A stretch of 64,000 nt of DNA from a virus: positions 15,362 through 79,361 of IMG/VR virus record IMGVR_UViG_3300027905_000001, one strand, 5' to 3'. Within the stretch, counting starts at the first letter, position 1. Each line of letters opens with the position of its first letter. A program made the translations under genes and the position numbers. This document shows positions 27,319 to 37,308 of the stretch, piece by piece. The notes under the pieces are model-generated. The model saw only the letters and a program-made list of their open reading frames with translations. It made no database searches and was not told the DNA's origin.

Positions 27319-27939
27319 CTAAAACATAGCCATTTGCCCTTGATGACGAACTGATAACCTTGAGGTGCATTGTACTTTCCCCTTTCTCTCTTTAAATCTC
27401 CAAATGAATCCTCCAGCTTGTTTCCTAGTTAATCCTGGTTTGTATTCTGTCTCGCTTGCAACTTGAAGAATGTTCCTTCCGCATACTCCAGTTAACCTAA
27501 AGGCCTCTTGAGCGTTGGGATATTCGGCTAGTAGCTCGCCATTTAGGTTGTATTGTTGAATGGCATTAGGTCTTATGAATTTGTTGTATTTATTCATTCC
27601 TTTTAGCATGTTTGGATGAATAGATATTGCATGGATAACATTTTCGCTCCCAGATACCCACTCTAGGTTTTCAACCTTGTTGTTTTGCTTATTGCCATCC
27701 TTGTGATTTATCTGAGGCTTATTATTGACGTTGGCTATAAAAGCTTCAGCAACAAGTTTGTGAATTCTCGCATACCTTACACGTCCTTTATGAGTAAGGA
27801 CTACGGAAAGATAATCCTTTTTACTGTTTTTATTAGACAAGATAAACCCTTCCCTTAATTTCTTGAAGCTTTTCAACCTACCCTTGGTTGATATTTGATA
27901 TACACCCTCAAATCCCTCAATATCTTTCCATAGTTCCAA
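27319..27939 (-). CDS. HNH homing endonuclease (NUMOD4-like N-terminus)
   Basis: WKDIEGFEGVYQIS; HNH block INHKDGNKQNNKVENLEW; TTG start after GGGAGGTG. Confidence 0.7.
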   Translation of the reverse strand: MELWKDIEGFEGVYQISTKGRLKSFKKLREGFILSNKNSKKDYLSVVLTHKGRVRYARIHKLVAEAFIANVNNKPQINHKDGNKQNNKVENLEWVSGSENVIHAISIHPNMLKGMNKYNKFIRPNAIQQYNLNGELLAEYPNAQEAFRLTGVCGRNILQVASETEYKPGLTRKQAGGFIWRFKERKGKVQCTSRLSVRHQGQMAMF

Positions 27940-27996
27940 TTTTCACACCTCCCTAATTTACTTACTCCCTGAATTTATAACCTTTAAGTTCATAGC

Positions 27997-29019
27997 CTAA
28001 AACCCTGGGCCAGTGGTTTGATTATTCGCTTCCTCGGCCTTTTTATCCATCTCAACTATTTCAGCATCAGTAATCCCTTCTGGTTCCGTAACTGCTTCTC
28101 GGTCGCTTGAAACTTCCTCGCCTTGGATATCCACAACATCTCCCTTATTAGCGTTTTCGGCAATGACCTGCTCGACCTCGGCTTCTTTAAATTCGTGTTC
28201 GAGCTGATTTAGTCGCATGTAATCATCATCAATCTTTTGACTGTCAATGGTAATGTCTTTGTAGGCGGCAATAAAAACAGTTTTGAAGCACATTTTATCG
28301 AACCATCCCTCGACTTGCTCTTTACCGGCCGGCTTACCATTTTTCCAGATTGTCTTTTCTCCGCCCCAAAACTCGGCAGAAGCTTTATCCGGTTTCCTCT
28401 TCTCGATATCCTTACGCGGCATAACAACAAGTTTGTTTTTCTCAGGATGATCAAAATAGATATGATAATAGAAACCTCCTACAATATCACCACGCTCAAA
28501 GTCGTTGGTGATCTCAAACTCATAATGTTCAACTTTATTGGCGTGGGATTTTTTATGCGATTTGAATTTATCCGTCGAATAAACAAGTTCGACCACAACG
28601 TCATCTGGCACATCTAAGCCATATTTAACTGCCTTGAGCTGCCTACCTCTGTATCCCGGCATGAAGGTAATGCCATATTTATTGAGTGCCCCTTGCTTGA
28701 AGGGGATTAGGCTAACGTGGTTCTCTTGTGTCGGGTCCCAGCCAATCCTAGCTGCCGCCACAACGCTCTGAGCAAGTTCCTCCATATTGATATTCCCCCA
28801 GGTGTAGGATAGTTGTTCCTGGTAATCTCCGGTCTTCTTGAGGCGCTTTTCCTCTGCCTTCTTGAGCATGGAATCGGCAACAATAAAGTAGTTTTGCGCT
28901 AAACGCTTCTGAAAGTTAGTTAGTGCAATATCGCCAACGCTACCTTTAAATTCAGCTAATACCTTGTTCATAAATCGTTCCGACATTGGTTGCTCTTTTA
29001 CCGCTACTTCATTTGCCAT
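27997..29019 (-). CDS. recT: RecT-family single-strand annealing recombinase
   Basis: NKYGITFMPGYRG block; acidic C-terminus; adjacent to SbcC-like ATPase. Confidence 0.7.
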   Translation of the reverse strand: MANEVAVKEQPMSERFMNKVLAEFKGSVGDIALTNFQKRLAQNYFIVADSMLKKAEEKRLKKTGDYQEQLSYTWGNINMEELAQSVVAAARIGWDPTQENHVSLIPFKQGALNKYGITFMPGYRGRQLKAVKYGLDVPDDVVVELVYSTDKFKSHKKSHANKVEHYEFEITNDFERGDIVGGFYYHIYFDHPEKNKLVVMPRKDIEKRKPDKASAEFWGGEKTIWKNGKPAGKEQVEGWFDKMCFKTVFIAAYKDITIDSQKIDDDYMRLNQLEHEFKEAEVEQVIAENANKGDVVDIQGEEVSSDREAVTEPEGITDAEIVEMDKKAEEANNQTTGPGF

Positions 29020-31019
29020 TATTCTTGTACCTCCACTCTCAAAATAGGATCTTCCACACTGACGATCAACTTAATAACCTGCGAATTTACCCCCACAAAA
29101 CTGCTCAAGCTTTCCGCGTTATCGACAAAAATAGGGCAACTAACTCCATAAAACTCTGACAGCAAATTGATAATTTCTAATCCGGTATTAATTTTTCCAC
29201 CGTTATTAGCACCATCGAATTCAACGAGCACTCCGTTCGTATCTACCAGTGTCCGACAAACTTCTTTCTCCGTCCCATCGTTCAGGGTGTCAAACAACTT
29301 GAACTTGACTGTTTCGAACTTGCTATTAATCCTATCTTCCAGCATTTTCACTTTCGCACTTGTGAACTGTTTAATCAGGAAATCGTGTCGTTCGTATTCG
29401 CTGAGTTCTTGTGCAAGTTTGCTTTCCTCTGCCTTTAGCTCATTAATGCGAATATGGGCCTTTTCGACTACTTCCTTCTGATTCAAGGTTTTGTTCAGGG
29501 CTTCAATTGTGTCTGCAATTTCTTGCTTTCTGGCTAGGATTTCGGTTGTTGTATCTTCGACGGGCTTGTCCAGTTCGACGTTAATCCTGTCTAGAGTGGC
29601 TTTAAATACAGAATAAGTGCTGTCTGCATCATAATTAACGACTGTCGGTTGTTGCTGCTCTGTTATTGCGGTTTCTAATTCGGAAAGGCGAATATTGATT
29701 CTTTTCAAAGATTCTTCCAACGTGCTGAGACTCGCAGAATCTATTTCCTTTTCCTCGTTAAGAACTTCGGCCCTAGCCGCCTTATCTTTGCCCTTGGCGC
29801 GAATAGATGCCAATGCCTGAACTTTGTCCTTGTCGAAATTCTCTTTCAGCTTATCTATCTTTTCTTGAGTTTTTCCTTCGGGCAAAGGTTGTTCGCAAGT
29901 TGGACAATTAAAGCCTTCTGGAGCTACAAATTGCCTCGAATTTTCTTCGCTCCACTCTTTGCGAAGTTCGATAATTTTTCCAGCAATTGCATCAAGTTCC
30001 GCAATTCTTACAAGGGAATTAGAGCCTAACCTCGATACTTCCTTGGAAATGGAATACTTTTCACCTTCAAGATTTGCTTTTTCGTCAACCAACTTTTTGG
30101 ATTCAGCCCCAGCTTTTACTTCAAGTTCTAACTTCCGCCCATTAATCTGATTCTGTAATGCATACGCCTGTTGCTGTTTCTGACGATACAAACTAGCCCC
30201 TTGAGCGTTTGTAGCTAGCTCTAATTCAATGCCCTGTAAAGTGGCTTTCTGCTCCTGTAGCGAGGTTTCTATAGCTGTGTAGTCAACCTCATCTACGGAT
30301 ATCGACCGTTGCTGTTCACTGATTCTGGCAGGTATCCCATCAAGATCCTTTTTGGTGTTTTTGATCTTCTCGGCTATGACTAATTTGTGATTTTCGATTG
30401 TTCTGCCCGAATTGATTACGGTTAAAAGGTCCAACATGCTTTTATCGGATGCTGTTACGCATGAATCAATAACGCCTGAGTCTGATAAATTACCTGATAT
30501 TTCGAACAGAATCTTGCGCCGTTCTTGCCAAGTCCAGCCCTTGCCATCCGTATTGAAAAAGAGGGGATTCGTTAGGAGTTTGAAGATATTTTCTTTTATG
30601 AGAAGGTTAATTTCTAGGACATAATCCTTGGCTTTCACAGGGACGTCGTTTACCCAGTAGGACGTTTCATTTCCGTCAAAGATGGTTTCTTGCGAACCTC
30701 TTTTTTTAACCCATTTTTCTGAGAGTTGGCGCTTTAGTTTTAGAGACTTGCCGTTTACAAGAAAGATTCCCTCGACGCTTGATTCAAGATGATGGATTTC
30801 GTTGCCGTCTTTGTCTTGTGGTTTTATTTGGTAGTCTGATCTTCCGTCCGAATCCTTTCCAAATAAAAGCCACTGACTAGAGTTATAAATCGTGGATTTA
30901 TAAGTTGCATTTCTTCCGTAAACATCAGCATTTTTTCCGTTTAACTCAAGGGTAAAATCCTCTACGCCTTTGAAATTAATTAGGTGCAGTGATTGTAATT
31001 GAATAATAGTTTGATTCAT
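29019..31019 (-). CDS. SbcC/Rad50-like recombination ATPase
   Basis: N-terminal P-loop-like GRNATYKST; CPTC zinc-hook-like motif in coiled-coil; C-terminal IFVDNAESL. Confidence 0.65.
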   Translation of the reverse strand: MNQTIIQLQSLHLINFKGVEDFTLELNGKNADVYGRNATYKSTIYNSSQWLLFGKDSDGRSDYQIKPQDKDGNEIHHLESSVEGIFLVNGKSLKLKRQLSEKWVKKRGSQETIFDGNETSYWVNDVPVKAKDYVLEINLLIKENIFKLLTNPLFFNTDGKGWTWQERRKILFEISGNLSDSGVIDSCVTASDKSMLDLLTVINSGRTIENHKLVIAEKIKNTKKDLDGIPARISEQQRSISVDEVDYTAIETSLQEQKATLQGIELELATNAQGASLYRQKQQQAYALQNQINGRKLELEVKAGAESKKLVDEKANLEGEKYSISKEVSRLGSNSLVRIAELDAIAGKIIELRKEWSEENSRQFVAPEGFNCPTCEQPLPEGKTQEKIDKLKENFDKDKVQALASIRAKGKDKAARAEVLNEEKEIDSASLSTLEESLKRINIRLSELETAITEQQQPTVVNYDADSTYSVFKATLDRINVELDKPVEDTTTEILARKQEIADTIEALNKTLNQKEVVEKAHIRINELKAEESKLAQELSEYERHDFLIKQFTSAKVKMLEDRINSKFETVKFKLFDTLNDGTEKEVCRTLVDTNGVLVEFDGANNGGKINTGLEIINLLSEFYGVSCPIFVDNAESLSSFVGVNSQVIKLIVSVEDPILRVEVQE

Positions 31020-31415
31020 CTATTTCCCATCCTTTTCAGTTTTATTTTTCCACCACAACGGAAGATTTCTCCTAAACAAGGGCTTATCTCCATCCCAACC
31101 GTCGATATTATAAATCGGTATCATCTCCATTAACGCGACATTATGCTCCCTATTGCACCCTTCCGACTGCTCCCAAGCCCCGCATAAAAATATTGCATCG
31201 CAGCTACTTACAAGCTCCTCGCAAAAGGTCAGAGCTAATGCTCGTTGTTCTGGTACTTTGTCGCTGAGATAGGAAAAAGAGTGAACTGGCGAGATTGGGA
31301 TAACGCCGAACTTTGTTAATGCTTGGCAGATGTGCGTGATGGCTTGGAGGTTTTGCTTTTTGCCGTTGAAGGGGTGGCAGATATACACTTTTTTCATAAT
31401 TGTCCTCCTTCGCAT
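31020..31415 (-). CDS. Nucleoside 2-deoxyribosyltransferase-like fold protein (putative)
   Basis: KKVYICHPF ... AIFLCGAWEQSEGCNREH; weak similarity from memory. Confidence 0.3.
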   Translation of the reverse strand: MRRRTIMKKVYICHPFNGKKQNLQAITHICQALTKFGVIPISPVHSFSYLSDKVPEQRALALTFCEELVSSCDAIFLCGAWEQSEGCNREHNVALMEMIPIYNIDGWDGDKPLFRRNLPLWWKNKTEKDGK

Positions 31416-31822
31416 TCACACGGTCCGACCTGTTCTAAATCTCCCTCGCATGGTCTATAATAGGGTTGAGATATTTTTTCTTCGTCCGGGGTTCCCTCTG
31501 CAAAGGGAGCCTCTTCTTTTTGCATAACTAAGCTAATAAGCGTTTCTCCTTCGTAATCGATAAAGTACAACTCACATTCAGCACCATTCATGGGGTCAAC
31601 ATAAGTAGTAGATGGTCCATGATAACAAAGCTCGGGAAAAACAAAGTCTAACTCGCTGTTAATGATGGCATCTACTTTGTCCCAACTCACATTCGGCATA
31701 GAAACTACTCTGATCACTGATGTTCCGTCGTTAAGGAATTCAAGGCCAGATCTATGGATTAAGCTTGGATATTCGGCTAACCCTTGGACCGCTTGAAGTT
31801 GTTCGATTGTAAGTCTTTTCAT
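31394..31822 (-). CDS. Hypothetical protein
   Basis: Track ORF. Confidence 0.4.
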   Translation of the reverse strand: MKRLTIEQLQAVQGLAEYPSLIHRSGLEFLNDGTSVIRVVSMPNVSWDKVDAIINSELDFVFPELCYHGPSTTYVDPMNGAECELYFIDYEGETLISLVMQKEEAPFAEGTPDEEKISQPYYRPCEGDLEQVGPCECEGGQL

Positions 31823-32042
31823 TTACTCACTCCCCTTCATTCTTCATCATCCAGAAAACTCTCAAAAATCAACGTGTCTTCATACGTGTTGTCCGCCTTA
31901 CCGTATAACCACCAATCCATCATTACGTTATACTACCTCTTTTCTTTAAAGATGCTTTATCCTAGCAATTTAAAGAAAGAGATATAACACATAATATGCT
32001 CTAGGTGGTTCGAGCTTTAGTTAACTAAAGCGTTTAAGTGAA

Positions 32043-32990
32043 TCATGTTAGTTTTTTACCAATTTCCAAGATAACTTTGGTAGTGCAAGCGTCACCAGCT
32101 CCTCGATACATTTGTGTGTCGCTAATTCCTGCAAGCATGACCTTATCTATGATTAAGTCAGATATGCTCTGAAGCCTCCAAAACTCACGAGGAGTTAGCC
32201 TTCTTAATCTTCCTTCAATAAGTATCTTGGGTTGCCTATTCCCGCCTTCACAGGGGGTTATGCAAGGACTTAAGCCATCAATTCCATATACTCTGCGAAT
32301 ATTGTCTTGACCATGTATATCCAGCATCCCGATGACATTAATCATTGTCATACCGCTGTGATTTCCCCCGCTATGTCCCCCTGCCGTTAATGTTCTAGCA
32401 ACTGTGGTTTTTGTTGACTTGCCGATTGTAGAATATTCGTTAACTTCGTATTCGAGAGGAAATACTTTTCCAGTACCTCGTCCTCTAAGATGTCCGACAG
32501 TGAACACCCTCTCCCGATTTTGTGGGACTCCGAAGTTTTTGCTGTTGAGCAGTTCCCACTCCACGTCATACCCCAGTGCGTCCATTTGATAGAGTATTTC
32601 GAGGTAGTCAAATCCTTTATTGCTGGATAGCATTCCCTTAACGTTTTCATAGAGAATATACTTGGGTCGATATTCTTCTGGAGTCTCCCTGACGAGTCTA
32701 AATACTTCTGAAACAAGAGAACTTCTGTCTCCCTCAAGCCCTGCTCGCTTTCCTGCAATACTAAAGTCTTGGCAAGGTGCTCCGAAGCACCACATGTCTG
32801 CCCTTGGAATGTCTGTAGCATTAGTTGCTCTAATGTCTGCACCTTCTGGCTCCTTCCCAAAAATTATTTTGTATATTTGTCGTTTGTGCTTGTCCCATTC
32901 AACCGAGTAAACACATTTATGTCCAGCTTGCTCCATGCCCATTCGGATTGTGCCGATTCCACAGAAGAGATCGATGAAGGTTAAATTCAT
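32043..32990 (-). CDS. DNA (cytosine-5)-methyltransferase
   Basis: Motif I DLFCGIG, motif IV PCQDFS, ENV, QNRERVF. Confidence 0.85.
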   Translation of the reverse strand: MNLTFIDLFCGIGTIRMGMEQAGHKCVYSVEWDKHKRQIYKIIFGKEPEGADIRATNATDIPRADMWCFGAPCQDFSIAGKRAGLEGDRSSLVSEVFRLVRETPEEYRPKYILYENVKGMLSSNKGFDYLEILYQMDALGYDVEWELLNSKNFGVPQNRERVFTVGHLRGRGTGKVFPLEYEVNEYSTIGKSTKTTVARTLTAGGHSGGNHSGMTMINVIGMLDIHGQDNIRRVYGIDGLSPCITPCEGGNRQPKILIEGRLRRLTPREFWRLQSISDLIIDKVMLAGISDTQMYRGAGDACTTKVILEIGKKLT

Positions 32991-33406
32991 ACGATTAACC
33001 CCTCTTTTATCAACATATCTTCTAAACTACGTCCAGTTGGCGTATACTGTTGGTGTATCGTTTCCTTTATGTCTTGGCTGTCCGTTGGCGCGGATAGCCT
33101 TTCTTCGCGTCCGGGTGCCCTCTTCAAGAAAAAGGTAATACTCGCTCCACTTGGATCATCAATGCCATACGCCTCATTAAATGTTCCATCTTCATCAAGA
33201 AGCACACTTGGCTTTCTGTAAACCGCGTCAGGGAATATCTTGTCTATTTCTACATCACACTCGTTGTAGTCGGCATTTGGTTGAGAGATGAAGTTAACCG
33301 TCCGCGAAATTCCTATGCCGCTGATGCTTGAATAAATGAACAGTGATGGTACACGTTCACTGAGATTGACAATGGATAAAACTTGGTTATTGGTTAAGCC
33401 TCGCAT
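32987..33406 (-). CDS. Hypothetical protein
   Basis: Track ORF. Confidence 0.4.
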   Translation of the reverse strand: MRGLTNNQVLSIVNLSERVPSLFIYSSISGIGISRTVNFISQPNADYNECDVEIDKIFPDAVYRKPSVLLDEDGTFNEAYGIDDPSGASITFFLKRAPGREERLSAPTDSQDIKETIHQQYTPTGRSLEDMLIKEGLIV

Positions 33407-33566
33407 TTCCCTAACCCCCTCATATTCAGCGTTCTGACCTTTTCTGTGACACGATGCACTATCACCAAGCGGTCGGGGCAGTCAATTGAGATCAGCCACG
33501 CTTCGGGGTTAATGCCAAGCGCTTTGAGCTTTATCTTTTGTGAGCGAGTTGGACATTTTGCATTTT

Positions 33567-33824
33567 TCATCGTTCAATCCCCCACTGACAGCTATCCACA
33601 TAAAGCGGTACAACCTGCCTCTGCGCCATCATGCGCGTATCTACATAATCAACAACCTTATCCATCTCTGTATCCCTCATGCCCTGCATGATCAGTTGCC
33701 AGTCGTGATGATGCTCCTGCTTTTTAACCTTAGCTCGCTGACTGAGTTTTTCGCGCTTGTACGCTTCGATTTCGCGTCTGATGATGCTGCGCTTAAGGAT
33801 CCAGCGCAGTAGTTTTTCTAGCAT
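33567..33824 (-). CDS. Hypothetical small protein
   Basis: Track ORF. Confidence 0.3.
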   Translation of the reverse strand: MLEKLLRWILKRSIIRREIEAYKREKLSQRAKVKKQEHHHDWQLIMQGMRDTEMDKVVDYVDTRMMAQRQVVPLYVDSCQWGIER

Positions 33825-34018
33825 TTTGATGCTCTCCTTTTTCGTTTATTTCTCACCTTTGCCCCTTTAGTAGCAAATGGGATAACAAGTTGAGAAAACC
33901 ATACGCCGCCTTCATCCATCTCCCAAATTGTCCCGCATGGGCATGTAGTTTTTATCTGTCCATCGGGGAAATTCATCACTTTGCCGCAAGTGCAGATTTG
34001 GTCCTTTTGTTTGGTCAT
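33818..34018 (-). CDS. Zinc-ribbon small protein
   Basis: CTCG...CPCG. Confidence 0.4.
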   Translation of the reverse strand: MTKQKDQICTCGKVMNFPDGQIKTTCPCGTIWEMDEGGVWFSQLVIPFATKGAKVRNKRKRRASKC

Positions 34019-34031
34019 AAAGGATGCCTCC

Positions 34032-34322
34032 TTAAATCCTTATACTTTCACCAAGCTCCTTTTCAATGCGCTCAACTTCAGACATCAGTTCTCTAAACCC
34101 CGACGCTCTGCTTTCGCGAATCTGACGATGGAGCAAGAACTTATAGGCTTGATTGATCGTGCTCACTGAACCCTCAAATACTAACCTTTCATCCCCGGCC
34201 TTAGCTCCCTCGCGTGTCTCTGTACCCTTTTGATCGTTTTTGTGTGTGCTTTTGCTATACACCGTCCATTGGTAAGGGTCTGAGATGACGCAATACTTTT
34301 CGTTGACATCGATTCTTGCCAT
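34032..34322 (-). CDS. Hypothetical protein
   Basis: Track ORF. Confidence 0.4.
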   Translation of the reverse strand: MARIDVNEKYCVISDPYQWTVYSKSTHKNDQKGTETREGAKAGDERLVFEGSVSTINQAYKFLLHRQIRESRASGFRELMSEVERIEKELGESIRI

Positions 34323-34576
34323 TAGTAACTCCTTCCACCCAACAGATTCTTCATTTGCGATAAAAACCTCATTCTTGGATTTGTGCTACGAGCCATAGCA
34401 GAGTTCATAACATCTTGGGATTCGCGCTTTTGCTTGCGGGTTTCTTTCTTGGACCCCCACACAAAATGACGAACGCAATGATAGGTTTTCTCCATGTAAT
34501 CCCAATAGGATAGCCCTTGCTTTCTTGCAGCTTGACTGGCTTGGTTTGCCGTGTTATTGCTTTTCATTTTGTTCAA
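34322..34576 (-). CDS. Hypothetical small protein
   Basis: Track ORF. Confidence 0.35.
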   Translation of the reverse strand: MNKMKSNNTANQASQAARKQGLSYWDYMEKTYHCVRHFVWGSKKETRKQKRESQDVMNSAMARSTNPRMRFLSQMKNLLGGRSY

Positions 34577-34811
34577 CCTCTTTCTCGTCTTCGATGGCCT
34601 CGCTTAAATCAATCTGCCCCTTGGCTAATTCGATCAACTTGGCATTTTCAGCCTTGAGTTGGTCGAGTTCGTTTACTGGTTCATCTTTCCATCCAACTAA
34701 CGTTTCGCCAGTTCCGGCACATTCATAACAAACCGCGTTATATCCAGTTCCATAACCGAAAAATCCTCCACCATTACATTTTGAGCAAGGCGTTGTTATC
34801 GGTTTTTTCAT
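34554..34811 (-). CDS. Small protein with DnaJ-type zinc finger (two CxxCxGxG)
   Basis: CSKCNGGG and CYECAGTG. Confidence 0.45.
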   Translation of the reverse strand: MKKPITTPCSKCNGGGFFGYGTGYNAVCYECAGTGETLVGWKDEPVNELDQLKAENAKLIELAKGQIDLSEAIEDEKEVEQNEKQ

Positions 34812-34825
34812 GAACTATCTCCTTT

Positions 34826-35014
34826 CTACGCTACCTGATATCTCCTGATTAATCCGAGCGTAATCTCCGCCACTTGGACCGCATACGCCATGCTTGTCAT
34901 CTTTCCAAGGTTGACATTATTAGCTCGTATGTCATTAGTGGTTAACGCCATGACTTCGCGAAATTCTGCGTTAGTCATTGAGCCTAATTTGGCTTCTAGG
35001 GTTTTTCTGAGCAT
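34826..35014 (-). CDS. Hypothetical small protein
   Basis: Track ORF. Confidence 0.3.
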   Translation of the reverse strand: MLRKTLEAKLGSMTNAEFREVMALTTNDIRANNVNLGKMTSMAYAVQVAEITLGLIRRYQVA

Positions 35015-35235
35015 GTTTTCGCCTCGCTTTCCTCGTTCTTGCGGTTAGCGAATTGGCAATTACCTACGCCAACCATCCCACCACATTCCTTTTCGCAATA
35101 ATACTCAGTAGTCGGAGCTAAGACATGGCATTTGGGTAGATTGCCGCATACCGCACATTGGCACTCCTTGCATGCTGGACCGCGTTCAATCCTCATTAAT
35201 CTACTCCTTTCTACACAATCCTCAGCGGACACCAT
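34996..35235 (-). CDS. Cys-rich small protein
   Basis: CKECQCAVCG...CEKECGG. Confidence 0.35.
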   Translation of the reverse strand: MVSAEDCVERSRLMRIERGPACKECQCAVCGNLPKCHVLAPTTEYYCEKECGGMVGVGNCQFANRKNEESEAKTCSEKP

Positions 35236-35493
35236 TCCGGGCTTGTCCTGGTATTAATCGACGGTATGCGGGTTGCACACTTCTTCGTGGACTGTGGCGC
35301 TTTAGGGTGATTGCAAAGGCTCTTTCTGCCTGAGCGTATGAGCCATGGGCAGGTCTTGCATCTTGGTAGGATCATGGGGTTATCTCCTTTCGTCATCTAG
35401 TGATCCCATAAAAAACGAACGCCACCGCGAGGATAACAACTATTAGGCTTATCACTTTTGTTCTCACCTCCCTTCGTGCCAACGTTTTCACAA

Positions 35494-36333
35494 TCACTCA
35501 TTGGCTTTCACAAACCGTTCGCGCATATCGTCGATAAGTTTCAGATCGTTTTCGGTTAGTTGGGCATCATCAGGGACCTTCTCTGTCAACGCCTCCATAA
35601 CGCTCTCATTCCACCTAATCTGATAGCCGCTATGCCCATTCTTCACATAAGGGAATTCTTCGCCATAAGGTTTTCCAGCTTCCGTAATACGCCAATCCTT
35701 ATTGCCTTTGGCATCTACTTGTTGTTCCAGTAATCCTTTAGCGAGTAATGCCTTATTCGCATTGACCGCACTAATTCCAAGACGTTTACCAACTTCGGTA
35801 GGATTTAAGTATCCGGTTTCGTGTTCGGCAGCAGGGAGACATTTCGCAATATCCTGTAAATTTAGGCCGCTGTTTGTTTCTACTGCGCGAATACATGCGG
35901 CCTGGGCTATGCCGATACTTATACCTAGCTTTTCTTTGAGATATTCCGCTGTGTCAAATGCGTCTTTGATTGCTGGCCGGACGCGGGAAGATGTTCTCTT
36001 TTGCTTTGGCGCGGTTAACGTCTTCTCCATTTCCTCAAACTTGGTCACGTAAGTTGCTGTGAAGAGTACGCCCTTTTCGCCTGTCATTTTGTTGGCTACC
36101 ATGTCGCAGCCTTTGCGGGTTAGGAGGTAGCAGGGGCGGCTTTCGCCTTTGGCATCAATGTAAGTACTCGGGATGAAGAAATCTAACGAACGGAATTCTC
36201 CGTTGGTTAAGTGGGTTTCATACGTAGCGATCTTAGCGAGTAGGTCAGAATGCCTAACGTCTGTCATTTCGGCGGCATCCCGGCTGTCAATTACATAAAC
36301 CCCGTCTTGGTTGATAACTTGCAATTTGTTCAT
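35494..36333 (-). CDS. Phage antirepressor (Rha N-terminal domain plus Ant/KilAC-like C-terminus)
   Basis: VINQDGVYVIDSRDAAEMTDVRHSDLLAKI. Confidence 0.65.
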   Translation of the reverse strand: MNKLQVINQDGVYVIDSRDAAEMTDVRHSDLLAKIATYETHLTNGEFRSLDFFIPSTYIDAKGESRPCYLLTRKGCDMVANKMTGEKGVLFTATYVTKFEEMEKTLTAPKQKRTSSRVRPAIKDAFDTAEYLKEKLGISIGIAQAACIRAVETNSGLNLQDIAKCLPAAEHETGYLNPTEVGKRLGISAVNANKALLAKGLLEQQVDAKGNKDWRITEAGKPYGEEFPYVKNGHSGYQIRWNESVMEALTEKVPDDAQLTENDLKLIDDMRERFVKANE

Positions 36334-36336
36334 ATT

Positions 36337-37002
36337 TCACCCCCTCGCTAACCGCTTTTTGGCGATATTTGACTTTTTAATCAATAAGTCTCTAATTTGG
36401 TAGTAATCGAATCCAAGTTCATAAAGTACAGCAATCTTATGTGTTTGATTCTCAACAAGTTCCATTTCGCCAGAAGTCATAAAGTCGAGTGCGACAGCCT
36501 TTTTATCCGCTCCACGTTCCTTACGGATACTTGCGGCAATTTTACCAAGAGCCGCTTTGTAGGATAGGTCGATAAAAAGTTTGTAATCCCACTCGCTACG
36601 ATTTGGATTTTCCTTAATCCTATCTAGCAAAGGTTTGCGAGTTGGTTTGAGTGTCATTTTACCGATTTGGCGTTTTTGAAGTTCGGTTCGCATTTCGTAG
36701 AATTGGCGAACGAGTTCGGTTTTGAAATCAATTACAGTTTCGGTATTTCTCAGGAAGGTAACTAAGAGTGTTGCTTGCTCCTCGTTCAGGTGATAAACCT
36801 TTCTAATTTGCGTACCACCTTTTGTTTCAAAGGGTGTCATTTCAAATGATACCCTTCCGAACTTTTCGAGCCGTTGCTGATGCTTTTCAATCAATAGATA
36901 AACTGAACGGTTTGCAATTTTTGCATACTCAGCGATTACATCACTCGTTGTAAATGGTATAGCCTTGATAGAGTTCGGTTCAAGAAAAACTAAGTCACCC
37001 AT
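36337..37002 (-). CDS. Phage regulatory protein Rha family
   Basis: NSIKAIPFTTSDVIAEYAKIANRSVYLLIEKH. Confidence 0.65.
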   Translation of the reverse strand: MGDLVFLEPNSIKAIPFTTSDVIAEYAKIANRSVYLLIEKHQQRLEKFGRVSFEMTPFETKGGTQIRKVYHLNEEQATLLVTFLRNTETVIDFKTELVRQFYEMRTELQKRQIGKMTLKPTRKPLLDRIKENPNRSEWDYKLFIDLSYKAALGKIAASIRKERGADKKAVALDFMTSGEMELVENQTHKIAVLYELGFDYYQIRDLLIKKSNIAKKRLARG

Positions 37003-37192
37003 TAAAATCCTCTCCTTGATTTAGTTGGCCGCTTTTTGATTCGACTCTTGAGCTTGAACCAAATTGATAATCGCGATAACTCCTTCACGAATCTTCTTAG
37101 AGCTATAAATTGGAGGAAGATACGTGACTTTATTTTTTGATGCCAAATAATTTCTCTCCTTTTCGTTTTATGTGTATAATACTTTCGCAAAT

Positions 37193-37208
37193 AGTAAATA
37201 ATATTAAC
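37193..37208. promoter_or_regulatory. Operator-like motif GTAAnTnATATTAACG, copy 1
   Basis: Copies at 37193, 37293, 37583 around the cro/cI pair. Confidence 0.5.
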
Positions 37209-37292
37209 GTCGAGATCAAATAAAAAGGAATTGCTTAGAAAAAGCGTGGACAAGTATTGCGTAAATGTAAATACAATTTATAATGTAACGTG

Positions 37293-37308
37293 TAAGTAAT
37301 ATTAACGC
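37293..37308. promoter_or_regulatory. Operator-like motif, copy 2 (overlaps cro-like stop codon)
   Basis: gtaagtaatattaacg. Confidence 0.5.

Noticed and set aside
31330-31987. Plus-strand track ORFs 31330-31527 and 31784-31987
   Set aside because: Antisense to well-supported minus-strand genes, no RBS, low-complexity translations.
23853-32990. Complete restriction-modification systems
   Set aside because: No restriction-endonuclease-like ORF adjacent to either methyltransferase; nearby nucleases are HNH homing endonucleases or RecU.
37002-37253. Track ORF 37002-37253(-), 83 aa
   Set aside because: Basic low-complexity translation across an AT-rich regulatory region carrying operator-like repeats; no RBS. 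A shorter 41-codon TTG ORF (37021-37146) with GGAGAG is possible but unsupported.
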